Shown: positions 18,650 to 28,518, counted from the stretch's first letter. The stretch is DNA of 64,000 nucleotides from Paracoccaceae bacterium (GCA_028284605.1 JANQRL010000029.1:88574-152573), one strand, 5' to 3'. Notes: generated by a model not told the origin, from the sequence alone. Program-made: numbers and translations.

Positions 18650-18862
18650 TCATTTCTTCCGGGCCTCAAGCTCGGAATTGAAGACCCGGAGCCGGTGCGT
18701 GAACGTGTCCTCGTTGATCACGCTGTCGAAGTTCTCGAACAGGAAGGACAGCGCCTCGCCCTCATCGAGCCCGGCCTCCTGGGCGAAGCGGCGCAACCGG
18801 CGGTAGCCGTCCTCGGTCATCGCGACCGGGAAGCGGCGGGTCAGGCGAAATCTCTTCGGCAT
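18650..18862 (-). CDS. small hypothetical protein (70 aa)
   Basis: MPKRFRLTRRFPVAMTEDGYRRLRRFAQEAGLDEGEALSFLFENFDSVINEDTFTHRLRVFNSELEARKK. High GC3, coding-like. It starts 16 nt downstream of the acyl-CoA dehydrogenase stop. Confidence 0.5.
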   Translation of the reverse strand: MPKRFRLTRRFPVAMTEDGYRRLRRFAQEAGLDEGEALSFLFENFDSVINEDTFTHRLRVFNSELEARKK

Positions 18863-18878
18863 CGGGTCCTCCCACGGG

Positions 18879-20657
18879 TCAGAAGTTGGCGGCCTCCAGC
18901 GCCATGACCGGCGCGGCCCCGGTCTGGATGCGCGCCAGATGCATCGCGGTCGCTGGAAGCTGGCGGGCCATGTAGTAGCGCCCGGTGGCGAGCTTGGTCT
19001 CGTAAAACTCGGTGTCCGAGGCGCCGCCGGCAAGGGCGGATTTCGCGGCTTTGGCCATCTTCGCCCACATCAGGCCGAGGCAGACATGGCCCATCATGTG
19101 CATGAAATCGTAGGAACCGGCCAGCGCGTTATGCGGGTTCTTCATGCCCTCGGCCATGAAGTACATGCCCGCCGCCTGAAGGTCTTTCGACGCGGCTTTC
19201 AGGGGATCGAGGAACCCAGTCTTCAGGTCCGCGTCGTCCTCGTTCTCCTTGATGAAGGACTTCACCATCTCGAAGAAGCCCATGATGTGCTTGCCGCCGT
19301 CCTGGCCGAGCTTGCGGCCGACGAGATCGAGGGCCTGGATGCCGTTGGCGCCTTCGTAGATCATCGCGATCCTTGCGTCGCGGGCGTACTGCGACATGCC
19401 CCATTCCTCGATATAGCCGTGGCCGCCATAGACCTGCTGGGCGGCGACCGCGTAGTCGAAGCCCTTGTCGCTGAGGAACCCCTTGATGACCGGGGTGAGG
19501 AGCGAGGCGAGGCCGTCGGCATCCTTGTCTTCGGTCTTGTGCGCGCGGTCGATCAGGACGGCGCACCAGTAGGTCAGCGCGCGGGCCGCTTCGAGGAAGC
19601 TCTTTTGGTCCATCAGATTCCGCCGCACGTCCGGGTGGACGATGATCGGGTCGGCGGGGCCGTCGGGGTTCTGCGGCGCCACGACATCGCGGCCCTGGAG
19701 CCGGTCGGTCGCGTAGGCGACGGCGTTCTGATAGGCGATTTCGGCCTGGGCATAGCCCTGGAGGCCGACGCCGAGGCGGGCCTCGTTCATCATCGTGAAC
19801 ATCGCGCGCATCCCCTTATGCGCCTCGCCCACGAGATAGCCCGTCGCCTCGTCGTAGTTCATCACGCAGGTCGAGTTGCCGTGGATGCCCATCTTCTCTT
19901 CGATCTTGCCGCAGCTCACGCCGTTGCGGGGGCCGAGGCTGCCATCCTCGTTGACCAGGAATTTCGGGACGATGAAGAGGGAGACGCCCTTGATGCCCTC
20001 GGGGCCGCCGGGGATTTTTGCCAGCACCAGGTGGATGATGTTCTCGGCCAGATCGTGTTCGCCGGCGGAGATGAAGATTTTCTGGCCCGATATCCTGTAG
20101 CTGCCGTCCTCCTGCGGCACGGCCTTCGTCCGCATCAGGCCGAGATCGGTGCCGCAATGGGGCTCGGTCAGGTTCATCGTGCCGGTCCACTCGCAGGTGG
20201 TCATCTTCGGCAGGTAGGTCGCCTTCTGCACGTCCGAGCCGTGGAAATAGATCGCGGCATAGGCGGCGTGGGTCAGGCCCTGATACATGTTGAAGGCCAT
20301 GTTGGAGGAGACGAAGGGCTCCTGCGCGGCCATGTGCATGATGTAGGGCAGGCCCTGGCCGCCATAATCGGGGTCGCAATCCATCGCGGTCCAGCCGCCG
20401 GCCTTCATCTGCTCGAAGGCGTCGTCGAAGCCGGTGGGCGTGCGGACAACGCCGTTTTCGAGGGTGCAGCCCTCGGTGTCGCCGACGGTGTTGAGGGGCA
20501 GCAGGACCTCCGTGGCGAGCTTGCCCGATTCCTCCAGCACCGCCGCGGTGAAGTCCCGGTCAAGCTCGCTGAAGCCGGGGATGTCCTGGCCCGAGACGTC
20601 GAGCAGGTCGTGGAGGACGAACTGCATGTCCTTGAGCGGGGCGGTGTAGCTGGGCAT
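18879..20657 (-). CDS. long-type acyl-CoA dehydrogenase
   Basis: 592 aa. [21 protein letters not shown]..., an ACAD middle domain ([10 protein letters not shown]) and an extended C-terminal domain. Confidence 0.9.
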   Translation of the reverse strand: MPSYTAPLKDMQFVLHDLLDVSGQDIPGFSELDRDFTAAVLEESGKLATEVLLPLNTVGDTEGCTLENGVVRTPTGFDDAFEQMKAGGWTAMDCDPDYGGQGLPYIMHMAAQEPFVSSNMAFNMYQGLTHAAYAAIYFHGSDVQKATYLPKMTTCEWTGTMNLTEPHCGTDLGLMRTKAVPQEDGSYRISGQKIFISAGEHDLAENIIHLVLAKIPGGPEGIKGVSLFIVPKFLVNEDGSLGPRNGVSCGKIEEKMGIHGNSTCVMNYDEATGYLVGEAHKGMRAMFTMMNEARLGVGLQGYAQAEIAYQNAVAYATDRLQGRDVVAPQNPDGPADPIIVHPDVRRNLMDQKSFLEAARALTYWCAVLIDRAHKTEDKDADGLASLLTPVIKGFLSDKGFDYAVAAQQVYGGHGYIEEWGMSQYARDARIAMIYEGANGIQALDLVGRKLGQDGGKHIMGFFEMVKSFIKENEDDADLKTGFLDPLKAASKDLQAAGMYFMAEGMKNPHNALAGSYDFMHMMGHVCLGLMWAKMAKAAKSALAGGASDTEFYETKLATGRYYMARQLPATAMHLARIQTGAAPVMALEAANF

Positions 20658-20691
20658 CTCGTGTCTCCTCTCACGCGGTCCGGGCCGGGGG

Positions 20692-21087
20692 TCAGCCGGC
20701 CGCCTGTTTCTGGCGCCGGGCGATCTGCTCGGCGCCCCATTCCATCTGGGCCTTGAGTTCGGCGATCGCCTGGTCGAGTTCGGCGCGCTGGGCCTCCATC
20801 TCGGCGAGGTGTTTCCGGGCCAGGTCGTAGGTGCGCGAGAGCTGCGTCACCTGAGTGTCGTCCATGTGGTAGAGGTCGAGGAGCTGGCGGATTTCCTCGA
20901 GGCTGAAGCCGAAGCGCTTGCCGCGCAGGATGAGCTTGAGCCTGGCGCGGTCGCGTTTGGTGAAGAGCCGCTTCTGGCCTTCGCGGATCGGCGACAGCAG
21001 TTCCTTGGCCTCGTAGAAGCGCAAGGTCCGGGGCGTGACCTCGAAGGCGTCGCACATCTCGCGGATGGTCATGGTGTCGGTCGTCAT
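20692..21087 (-). CDS. MerR family transcriptional regulator (paralog 1)
   Basis: 131 aa. HTH region [27 protein letters not shown], then [19 protein letters not shown] and a coiled-coil tail. Confidence 0.87.
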   Translation of the reverse strand: MTTDTMTIREMCDAFEVTPRTLRFYEAKELLSPIREGQKRLFTKRDRARLKLILRGKRFGFSLEEIRQLLDLYHMDDTQVTQLSRTYDLARKHLAEMEAQRAELDQAIAELKAQMEWGAEQIARRQKQAAG

Positions 21088-21172
21088 CTCGTCGTCTCAA
21101 TCGGTTGTGTCCGGTCGGTTCTCATGGGCCGGATCTGCGGAGACTCGCGGCATCCTACAAGCATAGATGACG

Positions 21173-21182
21173 TTTACGTAAA
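21173..21182. promoter_or_regulatory. perfect 10-bp palindrome TTTACGTAAA, a candidate operator upstream of the merR / acyl-CoA dehydrogenase operon
   Basis: It lies ~86-95 bp upstream of the MerR paralog-1 start and is the only A/T-rich palindrome in that leader. It is flanked by TGACG ... CGTCA. Regulator assignment is untested. Confidence 0.3.
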
Positions 21183-21314
21183 TGGAACGCCGCGTCACTT
21201 CGGGCTGACGAAAGGTCAGCAAAGCGGGCGCCGGGGAAGGCGCAATTTTCTGAGCGGGAGGATTGCGGCGGCCCGCTGCCGAACCCGTGGGTGCGCCTTT
21301 GGCATCGGGGCGGG

Positions 21315-21467
21315 CAAACCCTTCGAAGGGTTTGGCCAGAACCTTCGAAGGTTCTGCCCCCTTGCGGCGTGGTCCGAGGCTTCTCTCGCGGGTGGGTCTT
21401 TGCGTGGGTGGCGGTCCGGGGCAACAAAACTCTTCGAAGAGTTTTGCCAGACCCTTCGAAGGGTCTG
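21315..21467. repeat. four perfect TTCGAA-centred palindromes arranged as two doublets
   Basis: CAAACCCTTCGAAGGGTTTG (21315-21334), CAGAACCTTCGAAGGTTCTG (21337-21356), CAAAACTCTTCGAAGAGTTTTG (21425-21446), CAGACCCTTCGAAGGGTCTG (21448-21467). Each equals its own reverse complement. Confidence 0.9.
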
Positions 21468-21518
21468 CTGCGCGGGGCGCAACACCTGTGCCCGGATCCT
21501 CTGCCCCGTCGCAACGGC

Positions 21519-21893
21519 TCAGCCGGGCCCGACCTCCCGTGCGGTCTCGTCCCTGAGCCCCCTCAGTTCCGCCATGGTCTCTTCGAGCTGCCGTTTCTGG
21601 TCTTCGAGCGCCACCATCTGGCGGTCGGCGAGCTCCACGAAGGCGCGCATCTGGGCCTCGGTGCCCTCATGCTCGTAGATCAGCAGCCATTGCCGGATCT
21701 CCTCGAGGCTGAAGCCCCAGCGCCGGCCGCGCAGGATCAGGGTCATCCGGGCCACCTCGCGGGGGCCGTAGAAGCGCGAGCGGCCTTCGCGGTCCGGGGC
21801 CAGAAGCTCGATATATTCGTAGTAGCGCAGGGTCCGCGGGGTGACGTCGAACCGGGCGCACATCTCCTTGAATGTCAGCCTGTCGTCGGACAT
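21519..21893 (-). CDS. MerR family transcriptional regulator (paralog 2)
   Basis: Frame of track ORF 21519..22094. Start at ATG 21893. [42 protein letters not shown]...[19 protein letters not shown]. Roughly 45-50% identical to paralog 1 by eye. Confidence 0.85.
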   Translation of the reverse strand: MSDDRLTFKEMCARFDVTPRTLRYYEYIELLAPDREGRSRFYGPREVARMTLILRGRRWGFSLEEIRQWLLIYEHEGTEAQMRAFVELADRQMVALEDQKRQLEETMAELRGLRDETAREVGPG

Positions 21894-21993
21894 CCGGGCC
21901 TCCCTCCCTCTACCTATCCAGCGCCGGGCGCGCAGGCAACCGACGAGCCCCCTTGCGCCCGCTGTTCCCCATGCGAAGTTGGGCCCGACGACG

Positions 21994-22446
21994 ATGCGCG
22001 AGGAGACCATGGCCGAAACGGAGACCGACAAGCGCCGCGCCGAGCTGGCGCGCCGGTTCATCGAGGCGGTCCCGCATAGCCGGGCGCTCGGCATGCGGGT
22101 CGACGAGATCGGGCCGGGACGGGCGGTGATCTCGATGCCTTATGACGCGCGGCTGATCGGCGACCCGGAGACCGGGGTGATCCATGGCGGGGCGGTCTCG
22201 GCGCTGATGGATACCTGCTGCGGCGCCGCCGTCATGGCGCAACCGGAGACACCCTTCGGCACCGCGACGATCGACCTGAGGATCGACTATATGCGCCCCG
22301 CGACACCGGGCGAGCGGATCACGGCCCGGGCCGAGTGCTATCACATGACCCGCTCGGTCGCCTTTGTGCGGGCCGTGGCGATGGATGCCGATGCCGACCG
22401 CCCGGTGGCCGCGGCGAACGGCGCCTTCACGGTGGAGCGCGGCTGA
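21994..22446 (+). CDS. PaaI-family hotdog-fold thioesterase
   Basis: Frame of track ORF 21841..22446. Start at ATG 21994, or alternatively 22009. Contains [23 protein letters not shown]-type motif ([18 protein letters not shown]). Confidence 0.78.
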   Translation: MREETMAETETDKRRAELARRFIEAVPHSRALGMRVDEIGPGRAVISMPYDARLIGDPETGVIHGGAVSALMDTCCGAAVMAQPETPFGTATIDLRIDYMRPATPGERITARAECYHMTRSVAFVRAVAMDADADRPVAAANGAFTVERG

Positions 22447-22952
22447 TGGCGCGCCGCCCCGAACCGGTGCAGGTGGTCAAGCAGCGCCGCGATGCGGCGC
22501 TGCAATCCCTCATCGAGGGGGTGCCTTATGTGGGCTTTCTCGGCATCCGCTTCGACCGCCGCGGCGATGAGCTGACCGGCATCCTGCCCTTCGACGAGAA
22601 GCTGATCGGCAATCCGGCCTTGCCGGCGATCCATGGCGGGGTGACGGCGGCGTTTCTGGAAGTGACGGCGATCATCGAGCTGAGCTGGGGCCTCCTCTGG
22701 GAGGGGATGGAGAGCGGGCAGGGTGCCGATTTCCAGATCGAGGCGGCGCCGCGCCCGAAACTCCCCAAGACCATCGATTTCACCGTCGATTACCTGCGCT
22801 CCGGCCTGCCGCGGGATGCCTATGCGCGGGCCCGGGTGAACCGGTCCGGGCGGCGTTATGCCAGCGTCCATGTGGAGGGGTGGCAGGACAATCGGTCCCG
22901 GCTCTTCGCCCAGGCGACGGGGCATTTCCTGATGCCCGCGCGCGATGGCTGA
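22446..22952 (+). CDS. hotdog-fold thioesterase (second, divergent PaaI-like copy)
   Basis: ATG 22446 overlaps the upstream stop. Contains NPALPAIHGGVTAAFLEVTA and FTVDYLRSG. Confidence 0.72.
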   Translation: MARRPEPVQVVKQRRDAALQSLIEGVPYVGFLGIRFDRRGDELTGILPFDEKLIGNPALPAIHGGVTAAFLEVTAIIELSWGLLWEGMESGQGADFQIEAAPRPKLPKTIDFTVDYLRSGLPRDAYARARVNRSGRRYASVHVEGWQDNRSRLFAQATGHFLMPARDG

Positions 22953-24273
22953 GACCGCCCCGGCCAGCGCGCCGCTCACCCATCGCCGGGTTCTCCACAT
23001 CGCGGTTCCCATCGTGCTGTCCAATGCCACAGTGCCGATCCTCGGGGCGGTTGATACCGGCGTGGTCGGCCAGATGGGCGAGGCGGCGCCGATCGGCGCT
23101 GTGGGCATCGGCGCGGTGATCCTGTCGACGCTCTACTGGGCGTTCGGGTTCCTGCGCATGGGCACCACCGGGTTCGCCGCCCAAGCGCTGGGTCAGGGCG
23201 ACCGGGACGAGGCGGCGGCGATCCTGAGCCGGGGGCTCGGGGTTGCCGCCGTCGCCGGGGTGGTGCTGATCGTCTTTCAATGGCCGCTCTTCTGGGCTGC
23301 GTTCGAGGTTTCGCCCGCGAGTGCGGAGGTCGAGACCCTGGCGCGGGATTACATGGAGATCCGGATCTGGTCGGCCCCGGCGCTGATCGGCCTCTACGCC
23401 GTGACCGGCTGGCTGATCGCGGCGGAGCGGACCAAGGCGGTGCTGGTCATTCAGCTCTGGATGAACGGGCTCAATATCGCGCTCGATCTGTGGTTCGTTC
23501 TGGGGCTCGGCTGGGGGGTGCGCGGCGTGGCCTTTGCCACCTTCCTCGCCGAATGGTCGGGGATCGCGCTGGGGCTCTGGCTCTGCCGGGATGCCTTTGC
23601 CGGGGCGGCGTGGCGGGATCGGGGGCGGGTCTTCGATCCTGTGAAGCTGCGGCGCTTCGCGAGCGTCAATGGCGATATCCTGATCCGGTCGCTGCTCCTC
23701 CAGGCGATCTTCGTGTCGTTCCTGTTCTTCTCGGCGCGGCTTGGCGATGTGCGGCTGGCGGGGAACCAGATCCTGCTCCAGTTCCTGACCATCACGGCCT
23801 ATGCGATGGACGGGTTCGCCTTTGCCGCCGAGGCCCTTGTCGGGCAGGCGATGGGGGCGAAGCGGCGGGCGGCGCTGCGCCGGGCGGCGGTACTGAGTTC
23901 GATCTGGGGGGTGGTGACCGGGGCTCTGCTGTCGGTCGGCTTCGCGGTGCTGGGCGTCCGGCTGATCGAGGCGATGACGACGGCCGAGGACGTGCGGGAG
24001 GCGGCGCGCGCCTATCTGCCCTGGATGGTGGCGGCGCCGATCCTGGGGGCCGCGGCCTGGATGCTCGACGGGATCTTCATCGGGGCGACGCGGACCCGGG
24101 ACATGCGGAACATGATGGCGATCTCGGCGGCGGTCTATTTCGGGCTGGCTGTGCCGCTGATCGAGGTCTTCGGCAATCACGGGCTCTGGATCGCGTTTCT
24201 GGTGAGCTTCGTGGTGCGGGGGGTGACGCTGGGGTGGAAGTATCCGGCGCTGGAGCGGGCGGCGGAGGGGTAG
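22945..24273 (+). CDS. MATE family efflux transporter
   Basis: 442 aa. 12 hydrophobic helices. N-terminal LHIAVPIVLSNATVPILGAVDTGVVGQ, typical of the DinF/NorM class. 8-nt overlap with the thioesterase gene. Confidence 0.87.
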   Translation: MAETAPASAPLTHRRVLHIAVPIVLSNATVPILGAVDTGVVGQMGEAAPIGAVGIGAVILSTLYWAFGFLRMGTTGFAAQALGQGDRDEAAAILSRGLGVAAVAGVVLIVFQWPLFWAAFEVSPASAEVETLARDYMEIRIWSAPALIGLYAVTGWLIAAERTKAVLVIQLWMNGLNIALDLWFVLGLGWGVRGVAFATFLAEWSGIALGLWLCRDAFAGAAWRDRGRVFDPVKLRRFASVNGDILIRSLLLQAIFVSFLFFSARLGDVRLAGNQILLQFLTITAYAMDGFAFAAEALVGQAMGAKRRAALRRAAVLSSIWGVVTGALLSVGFAVLGVRLIEAMTTAEDVREAARAYLPWMVAAPILGAAAWMLDGIFIGATRTRDMRNMMAISAAVYFGLAVPLIEVFGNHGLWIAFLVSFVVRGVTLGWKYPALERAAEG

Positions 24274-24299
24274 GGGGGTCTTGGAACCGAAGTGGGGCT

Positions 24300-24535
24300 G
24301 GGGCGATTCCCTACAGGTGTTCTGTGCCCGCCCGAATAGCGCCGAAGGCGCCGGGCATCGACAGACCGTCCCGCGGGCTGGCGATTGGGTTGTCGTGAGC
24401 GCGATGCTCGGTGTTGGGGACGTGCTTGGCTGGCATAAAGCGCGGTAGCTCAGAGGTTGGATCGCCATCCCCCGGTCTGTCGCTGCCCGGCTGGCGTTGC
24501 GAAGGCCGGGCGTTAGCGGATGCAATGTCGTAGCC
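24300..24535 (+). repeat. mosaic intergenic repeat, copy B (module 2 only)
   Basis: Contains GGCGATTGGGT (24380-24390), GCTCGG..CTTGGCTGGCATAAAGCGC (ATAAAGCGC at 24435-24443) and GGATCGCC, in the same order as copy A. Borders are approximate. Confidence 0.65.
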
Positions 24536-24540
24536 GGCAA

Positions 24541-25590
24541 CTAAAGCCACTCCTCCCGGCCCGTCCCCACCGCCTCGGCCAGCGTCCGGACCCCGTCCCG
24601 TTCCAGCAACCCGTCGAGCCCTTTCGCGATCCGGTCGACCAGCGACAGGCCCTCATAGACCAGCGCCGAATAGAGCTGCACCGCCGAGGCGCCGGCGCGG
24701 ATCTTGGCATAGGCGTCCTCCGCCGAGCCGATGCCGCCGACGCCGATCAGGGGCAGGTCGGTGAGGGTGGAGAGCCGCGCCAGCACTCGGGTTGAACGCT
24801 CGAAGAGCGGGCGTCCCGAGAGCCCGCCGGCCTCGTCGCGGTGCGGGCTCCTCAGCCCGTCGCGGCCCAGCGTCGTGTTGGTCGCGACGATCGCGGAGAG
24901 CCCCTGGCCCTCCGCAACCGCCGCGATCTCGGCCAGCTCCCCGTCGGTTAGGTCCGGGGCGATCTTCAGCAGGATCGGGACCGGGCGGGTCAGGGCGGCA
25001 TTGGCCTCCTTCACCCCGGCGAGCAGGGCGGAGAGCGCCGCCTTGCCCTGAAGATCGCGCAGCTTCTCGGTGTTGGGGGAGCTGACATTGACCGTCGCGA
25101 AATCGATATGGGGGCCGCAATAGGCGAGGACCCTGGCATAATCGCCGGCCCGGTCGGGGCTGTCTTTGTTGGCGCCGAGATTGAGGCCGGTGCGGCCGCC
25201 GCCATGGGCGGCCAGGCGGGTCGCCACGGCCTCCATGCCGTCATTGTTGAAGCCGAAGCGGTTGATGACGGCGCGGTCCTCGGTCAGGCGGAAAAGCCGG
25301 GGGCGGGGATTGCCCTCCTGCGGGCGGGGGGTGACGCCGCCGACCTCGATGAAGCCGAACCCGGTGCGGTAGAGCGCGTCGAGCGCGGTGGCGTTCTTAT
25401 CGAACCCGGCGGCGAGGCCGACCGGATTGCGGAACTCCAGCCCTGCGATCCGGCAGGTGAGGCGGGGGGTGCCGAACGGTCCCCTACCGCCGGCGAGCCC
25501 GGCCCTGAGGGCGCTCAGCGCCAGGCCATGGGCGCGCTCGGGGTCGAGCCGGCGCAGGGCGGCGAGGCCGGCGGTTTCGAGCAGGCTCAT
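24541..25590 (-). CDS. pyrD: dihydroorotate dehydrogenase (quinone)
   Basis: Lower part of track ORF 24541..26811. Start at ATG 25590 ([21 protein letters not shown]...). Contains [42 protein letters not shown] and IGVGGI. Confidence 0.92.
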   Translation of the reverse strand: MSLLETAGLAALRRLDPERAHGLALSALRAGLAGGRGPFGTPRLTCRIAGLEFRNPVGLAAGFDKNATALDALYRTGFGFIEVGGVTPRPQEGNPRPRLFRLTEDRAVINRFGFNNDGMEAVATRLAAHGGGRTGLNLGANKDSPDRAGDYARVLAYCGPHIDFATVNVSSPNTEKLRDLQGKAALSALLAGVKEANAALTRPVPILLKIAPDLTDGELAEIAAVAEGQGLSAIVATNTTLGRDGLRSPHRDEAGGLSGRPLFERSTRVLARLSTLTDLPLIGVGGIGSAEDAYAKIRAGASAVQLYSALVYEGLSLVDRIAKGLDGLLERDGVRTLAEAVGTGREEWL

Positions 25591-26348
25591 CCGAAGGCCG
25601 CGCCGGGCGCGGCGGGGGCCGTGCGGATCAGCCGGGAGGTGCGCACGGCGGCCTGCCGGTGGATCACCGCTTCCCGGTAGGCCGGGTCGGTGACCATCTC
25701 CAGGAAGGCGTGGGTCGAGGGGTAGCGGGCGATGAACATCCGGTCCCATCTTTCGCGCTCCGGCCCGATCAGCACGCCCTCGAAATCGCCGCGCCAAAGG
25801 ATGCTCCCGCCGAGCCGGGCGAGGATCGGGGCGGTTTCGGCGCCGTAGCGGGCATAGGCATCGGCGCCGGTCAGTTCTGCATCGGCGAGCGCGTGGCCCG
25901 CCGGATAGGCGGCCCGGGCGCGGAGCCGGATGAGGTTCAGCATCTCGATGGGCCGGTCGCGGTCCCGGGTCTTGAAGGCGTCGAACTGCGCCCGGTCCGG
26001 ATCGACATGGCCGGCGATCTCTTCCGGCAGCAGAGGATGTCCGTCGACCAGCGGCAGAGGTGCGGTCCATGCCACGTCCTGGAGCCGGAGAGGCCGGTAG
26101 AGATGCGGAAAGAGCGCGCCGCCGCGGGACGGCTCCCATTTGAGGTCCGGGCCGAGGGTGTCGGCCTCCACAGCGAGGAGCGTCAGCCCGTCCTCTCCGG
26201 CGAAGTGTTTCGCGAGCGTCCCGGCGAGCTGATCGGCGGTCGAGAAATGGATGAATCCGTCGGCCAGATCGACCGGGGCGCCGGCGGTTGCGCCGTCCGC
26301 GACGAGGACGGCGCGTTCGCCGGCCCGGAAGACCTTGTAGATCAGCAT
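25587..26348 (-). CDS. DUF952-DUF1330 fusion protein
   Basis: Start at ATG 26348 ([11 protein letters not shown]...[18 protein letters not shown]...LFPHLY, DUF952-like). The C-terminal half is DUF1330-like ([10 protein letters not shown]...[53 protein letters not shown]). ATGA overlap with pyrD. Confidence 0.68.
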   Translation of the reverse strand: MLIYKVFRAGERAVLVADGATAGAPVDLADGFIHFSTADQLAGTLAKHFAGEDGLTLLAVEADTLGPDLKWEPSRGGALFPHLYRPLRLQDVAWTAPLPLVDGHPLLPEEIAGHVDPDRAQFDAFKTRDRDRPIEMLNLIRLRARAAYPAGHALADAELTGADAYARYGAETAPILARLGGSILWRGDFEGVLIGPERERWDRMFIARYPSTHAFLEMVTDPAYREAVIHRQAAVRTSRLIRTAPAAPGAAFG

Positions 26349-26515
26349 CGGCCGTCTGATGCCGGTGCGGAGGGATGTCGTCAAGGCAGGGGCGGAGCGT
26401 CACTCTACCGTCACCGAAGCGCGCTAGCGCCGAACGGCGTGTCGCCGTTTGACTCCGCCCGCGGCTGCGGCGAAGCTCGCCCTCGGCAACGATAATTCCG
26501 ACAGAGGAGACAAAG

Positions 26516-28117
26516 ATGAACGCCCGAATTCTCTCCACGTCCTGCCTGCTCGCGCTCTGCGGCGGCGTGGCCCAGGCCGATTTCACCCTGCACATCGTGC
26601 ATATCAACGACCTGCACAGCCGGATCGAGCCGATCAACCGGTTCAACAGCACCTGTTCGGCCGAGGACGACGCGGCCGGCGAGTGCTTCGGCGGCATGGC
26701 GCGGGTGGCGACCAAGATCAACGAGCTGCGCGACCAGCTCACCGCCGATGGCGAGGCGGTTCTGGTGCTCGACGCGGGCGACCAGTTCCAGGGTTCGCTG
26801 ATGTTCACCACCTATCAGGGCGCCGCGGCGGCCGAGATGATGGAGATGGTCGGATTCGACGCCATGGCGCTCGGGAATCACGAGTTCAATCTCGGGCCCG
26901 CGAAGCTCGGCGAGTTTGTCGATGCGGTGTCCTTCCCGGTGGTCTCCGGCAGCCTCGATCTGTCGCAATCCGAAGAGCTTGGCGGTAAGGTCGAAGACAC
27001 CCTGGTGCTCGAAGTCGGCGGGCAGCGGATCGGCATCGTCTCGGCGGTGGCGGCGAATACGGCGGAGCTGTCGAGCCCCGGGCCGAACGTGATCTTCCAG
27101 GCCGAGGTCGACAGTATCGCGGCGGATGTGCAGGCGCTTCAGGACGACGGCGTCGACAAGATCATCGCGCTGACCCATGTCGGCCTGCCCGACGATATCG
27201 AGATCGCCAGCGCGGTGGACGGGATCGACGCGATTGTCGGCGGTCACAGCCACACCTTCCTCTCGGCCTCTGACCCGGACCGGGCCGGGGCCTATCCGAC
27301 CTATGTGACCTCGCCGGACGGGACGCTGGTGCCCATCGTGCAGGCCTTCGCCTACTCCAAATATGTCGGGCATCTGACGCTGGAATTCGACGGCGAGGGC
27401 AATGTGGTCAGTGCCTCGGGCGACACGATCCTGCTCGACGCCTCGGTCGCGCCCGATGCCGAGATCGCCGCGCGGGTCGCCGAACTCGCGGGTCCCATCG
27501 AGGAGATGAAGACCGAGCCGGTGGGCGAGAGCGCCGCGGTGATCGAAGGGTCGCGGGAGGTCTGCCGGGCGATGGAATGCGCCATGGGCAACCTGGTGGC
27601 CGATGCGATCCTCGAACGGGTCGCCGATCAGGGCATCACCATCGCGTTCCAGAATGGCGGCGGTCTGCGGGCCTCGATTGACGATGGCCAGATCACCATG
27701 GGCGAGGTGCTCACGGTGCTGCCGTTCCAGAACACGCTCGCGACCTTCCAGGGCAGCGGTCAGATGGTGATCGACGCCCTCGAAAACGGGGTGAGCCAGG
27801 TCGAGGAGGGCGCCGGGCGCTTCCCGCAGGTGGCCGGGCTGAAATTCACCTGGGATCCGTCGGCCGCGCCGGGCAGCCGGGTTGTCGAGGTGATGGTGGC
27901 CGAGGGCGACGGCTTCGTGCCGATCGATCCGGAGGCGACCTACGGGATCGTCACCAACAACTTCATGCGCCGGGGCGGCGACGGCTACGCGATGTTCCGC
28001 GACGGCCTGAACGCCTATGATTTCGGCCCCGGGCTCGAGCGGGTGGTGGCCGATTACCTGGCCGAGAACCAGCCCTATGAGCCCTATACGGACGGGCGGA
28101 TCGCGGAAGCGCAGTAA
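26516..28117 (+). CDS. bifunctional metallophosphatase / 5'-nucleotidase (UshA-like), secreted
   Basis: 533 aa. Signal peptide [21 protein letters not shown]. Contains [22 protein letters not shown] and GGHSH metallophosphoesterase motifs plus a C-terminal nucleotidase domain. Confidence 0.88.
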   Translation: MNARILSTSCLLALCGGVAQADFTLHIVHINDLHSRIEPINRFNSTCSAEDDAAGECFGGMARVATKINELRDQLTADGEAVLVLDAGDQFQGSLMFTTYQGAAAAEMMEMVGFDAMALGNHEFNLGPAKLGEFVDAVSFPVVSGSLDLSQSEELGGKVEDTLVLEVGGQRIGIVSAVAANTAELSSPGPNVIFQAEVDSIAADVQALQDDGVDKIIALTHVGLPDDIEIASAVDGIDAIVGGHSHTFLSASDPDRAGAYPTYVTSPDGTLVPIVQAFAYSKYVGHLTLEFDGEGNVVSASGDTILLDASVAPDAEIAARVAELAGPIEEMKTEPVGESAAVIEGSREVCRAMECAMGNLVADAILERVADQGITIAFQNGGGLRASIDDGQITMGEVLTVLPFQNTLATFQGSGQMVIDALENGVSQVEEGAGRFPQVAGLKFTWDPSAAPGSRVVEVMVAEGDGFVPIDPEATYGIVTNNFMRRGGDGYAMFRDGLNAYDFGPGLERVVADYLAENQPYEPYTDGRIAEAQ

Positions 28118-28194
28118 GCGCCAACCTGCGAAGACAGGCGCCCTCGACCACGGTCGGGGGCGCCGAGCGTTCGGGGCCATATGTCGATGCCGGT

Positions 28195-28455
28195 GCGCCT
28201 ATCCGATGGGCTTGCGGGACGAAGCGGACGTCCGTAGGCAAGTCGCGCGAGCGCCGACCTGCGGGGTGGCGATCCGACCGACGAGCAGCGCGTTTTATGG
28301 CTGCCAAGTCCGAGCGACCTCCGAACGAGGCGCGAGCTTCACCCAATCGCCGCCCCGGGGGGCGGGTTGGCGATCGCGCGGCGGCTTCGCCTTGATTCCG
28401 CGCGGGGCACCGATCAAACGTCCGCTCCGGGCTCAAAGCTGCCCTCTGCCGGGTC
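28195..28455 (-). repeat. mosaic intergenic repeat, copy C (module 2, inverted orientation)
   Basis: The reverse complement carries GGCGATTGGGT (28341-28351), GCTCGGACTTGGCAGCCATAAAACGC (GCGTTTTAT at 28290-28298) and GGATCGCC. It is bounded by the perfect 9-bp inverted repeat AGCGGACGT (28223-28231) / ACGTCCGCT (28418-28426). Confidence 0.7.
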
Positions 28456-28518
28456 GGCTTTCCCTGGACCTGATCTGACGATACGCTTGCGGCGACTTCG
28501 CTGGGGAGGAGGTCACCC

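Noticed and set aside
21315-21467. Possible CRISPR-like array formed by the repeated palindromes
   Set aside because: There are only four units, arranged as two adjacent doublets. There are no regular repeat-spacer periodicity, no unique spacers of 25-40 bp and no cas genes.
21155-21556. Small ORFs in the MerR-MerR spacer (119, 89 and 97 aa) with repeated PSKGL, TFEGS and SSKSF peptides
   Set aside because: The peptide repeats are translations of the TTCGAA palindromes read on both strands. The composition is Arg/Pro-rich and no start context is present.
25591-26811. N-terminal extension of the pyrD frame (756-aa track ORF 24541..26811)
   Set aside because: PyrD homology starts at MSLLETAG (25590). 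The extension overlaps the DUF952-DUF1330 gene out of frame and is Arg/Pro-rich.
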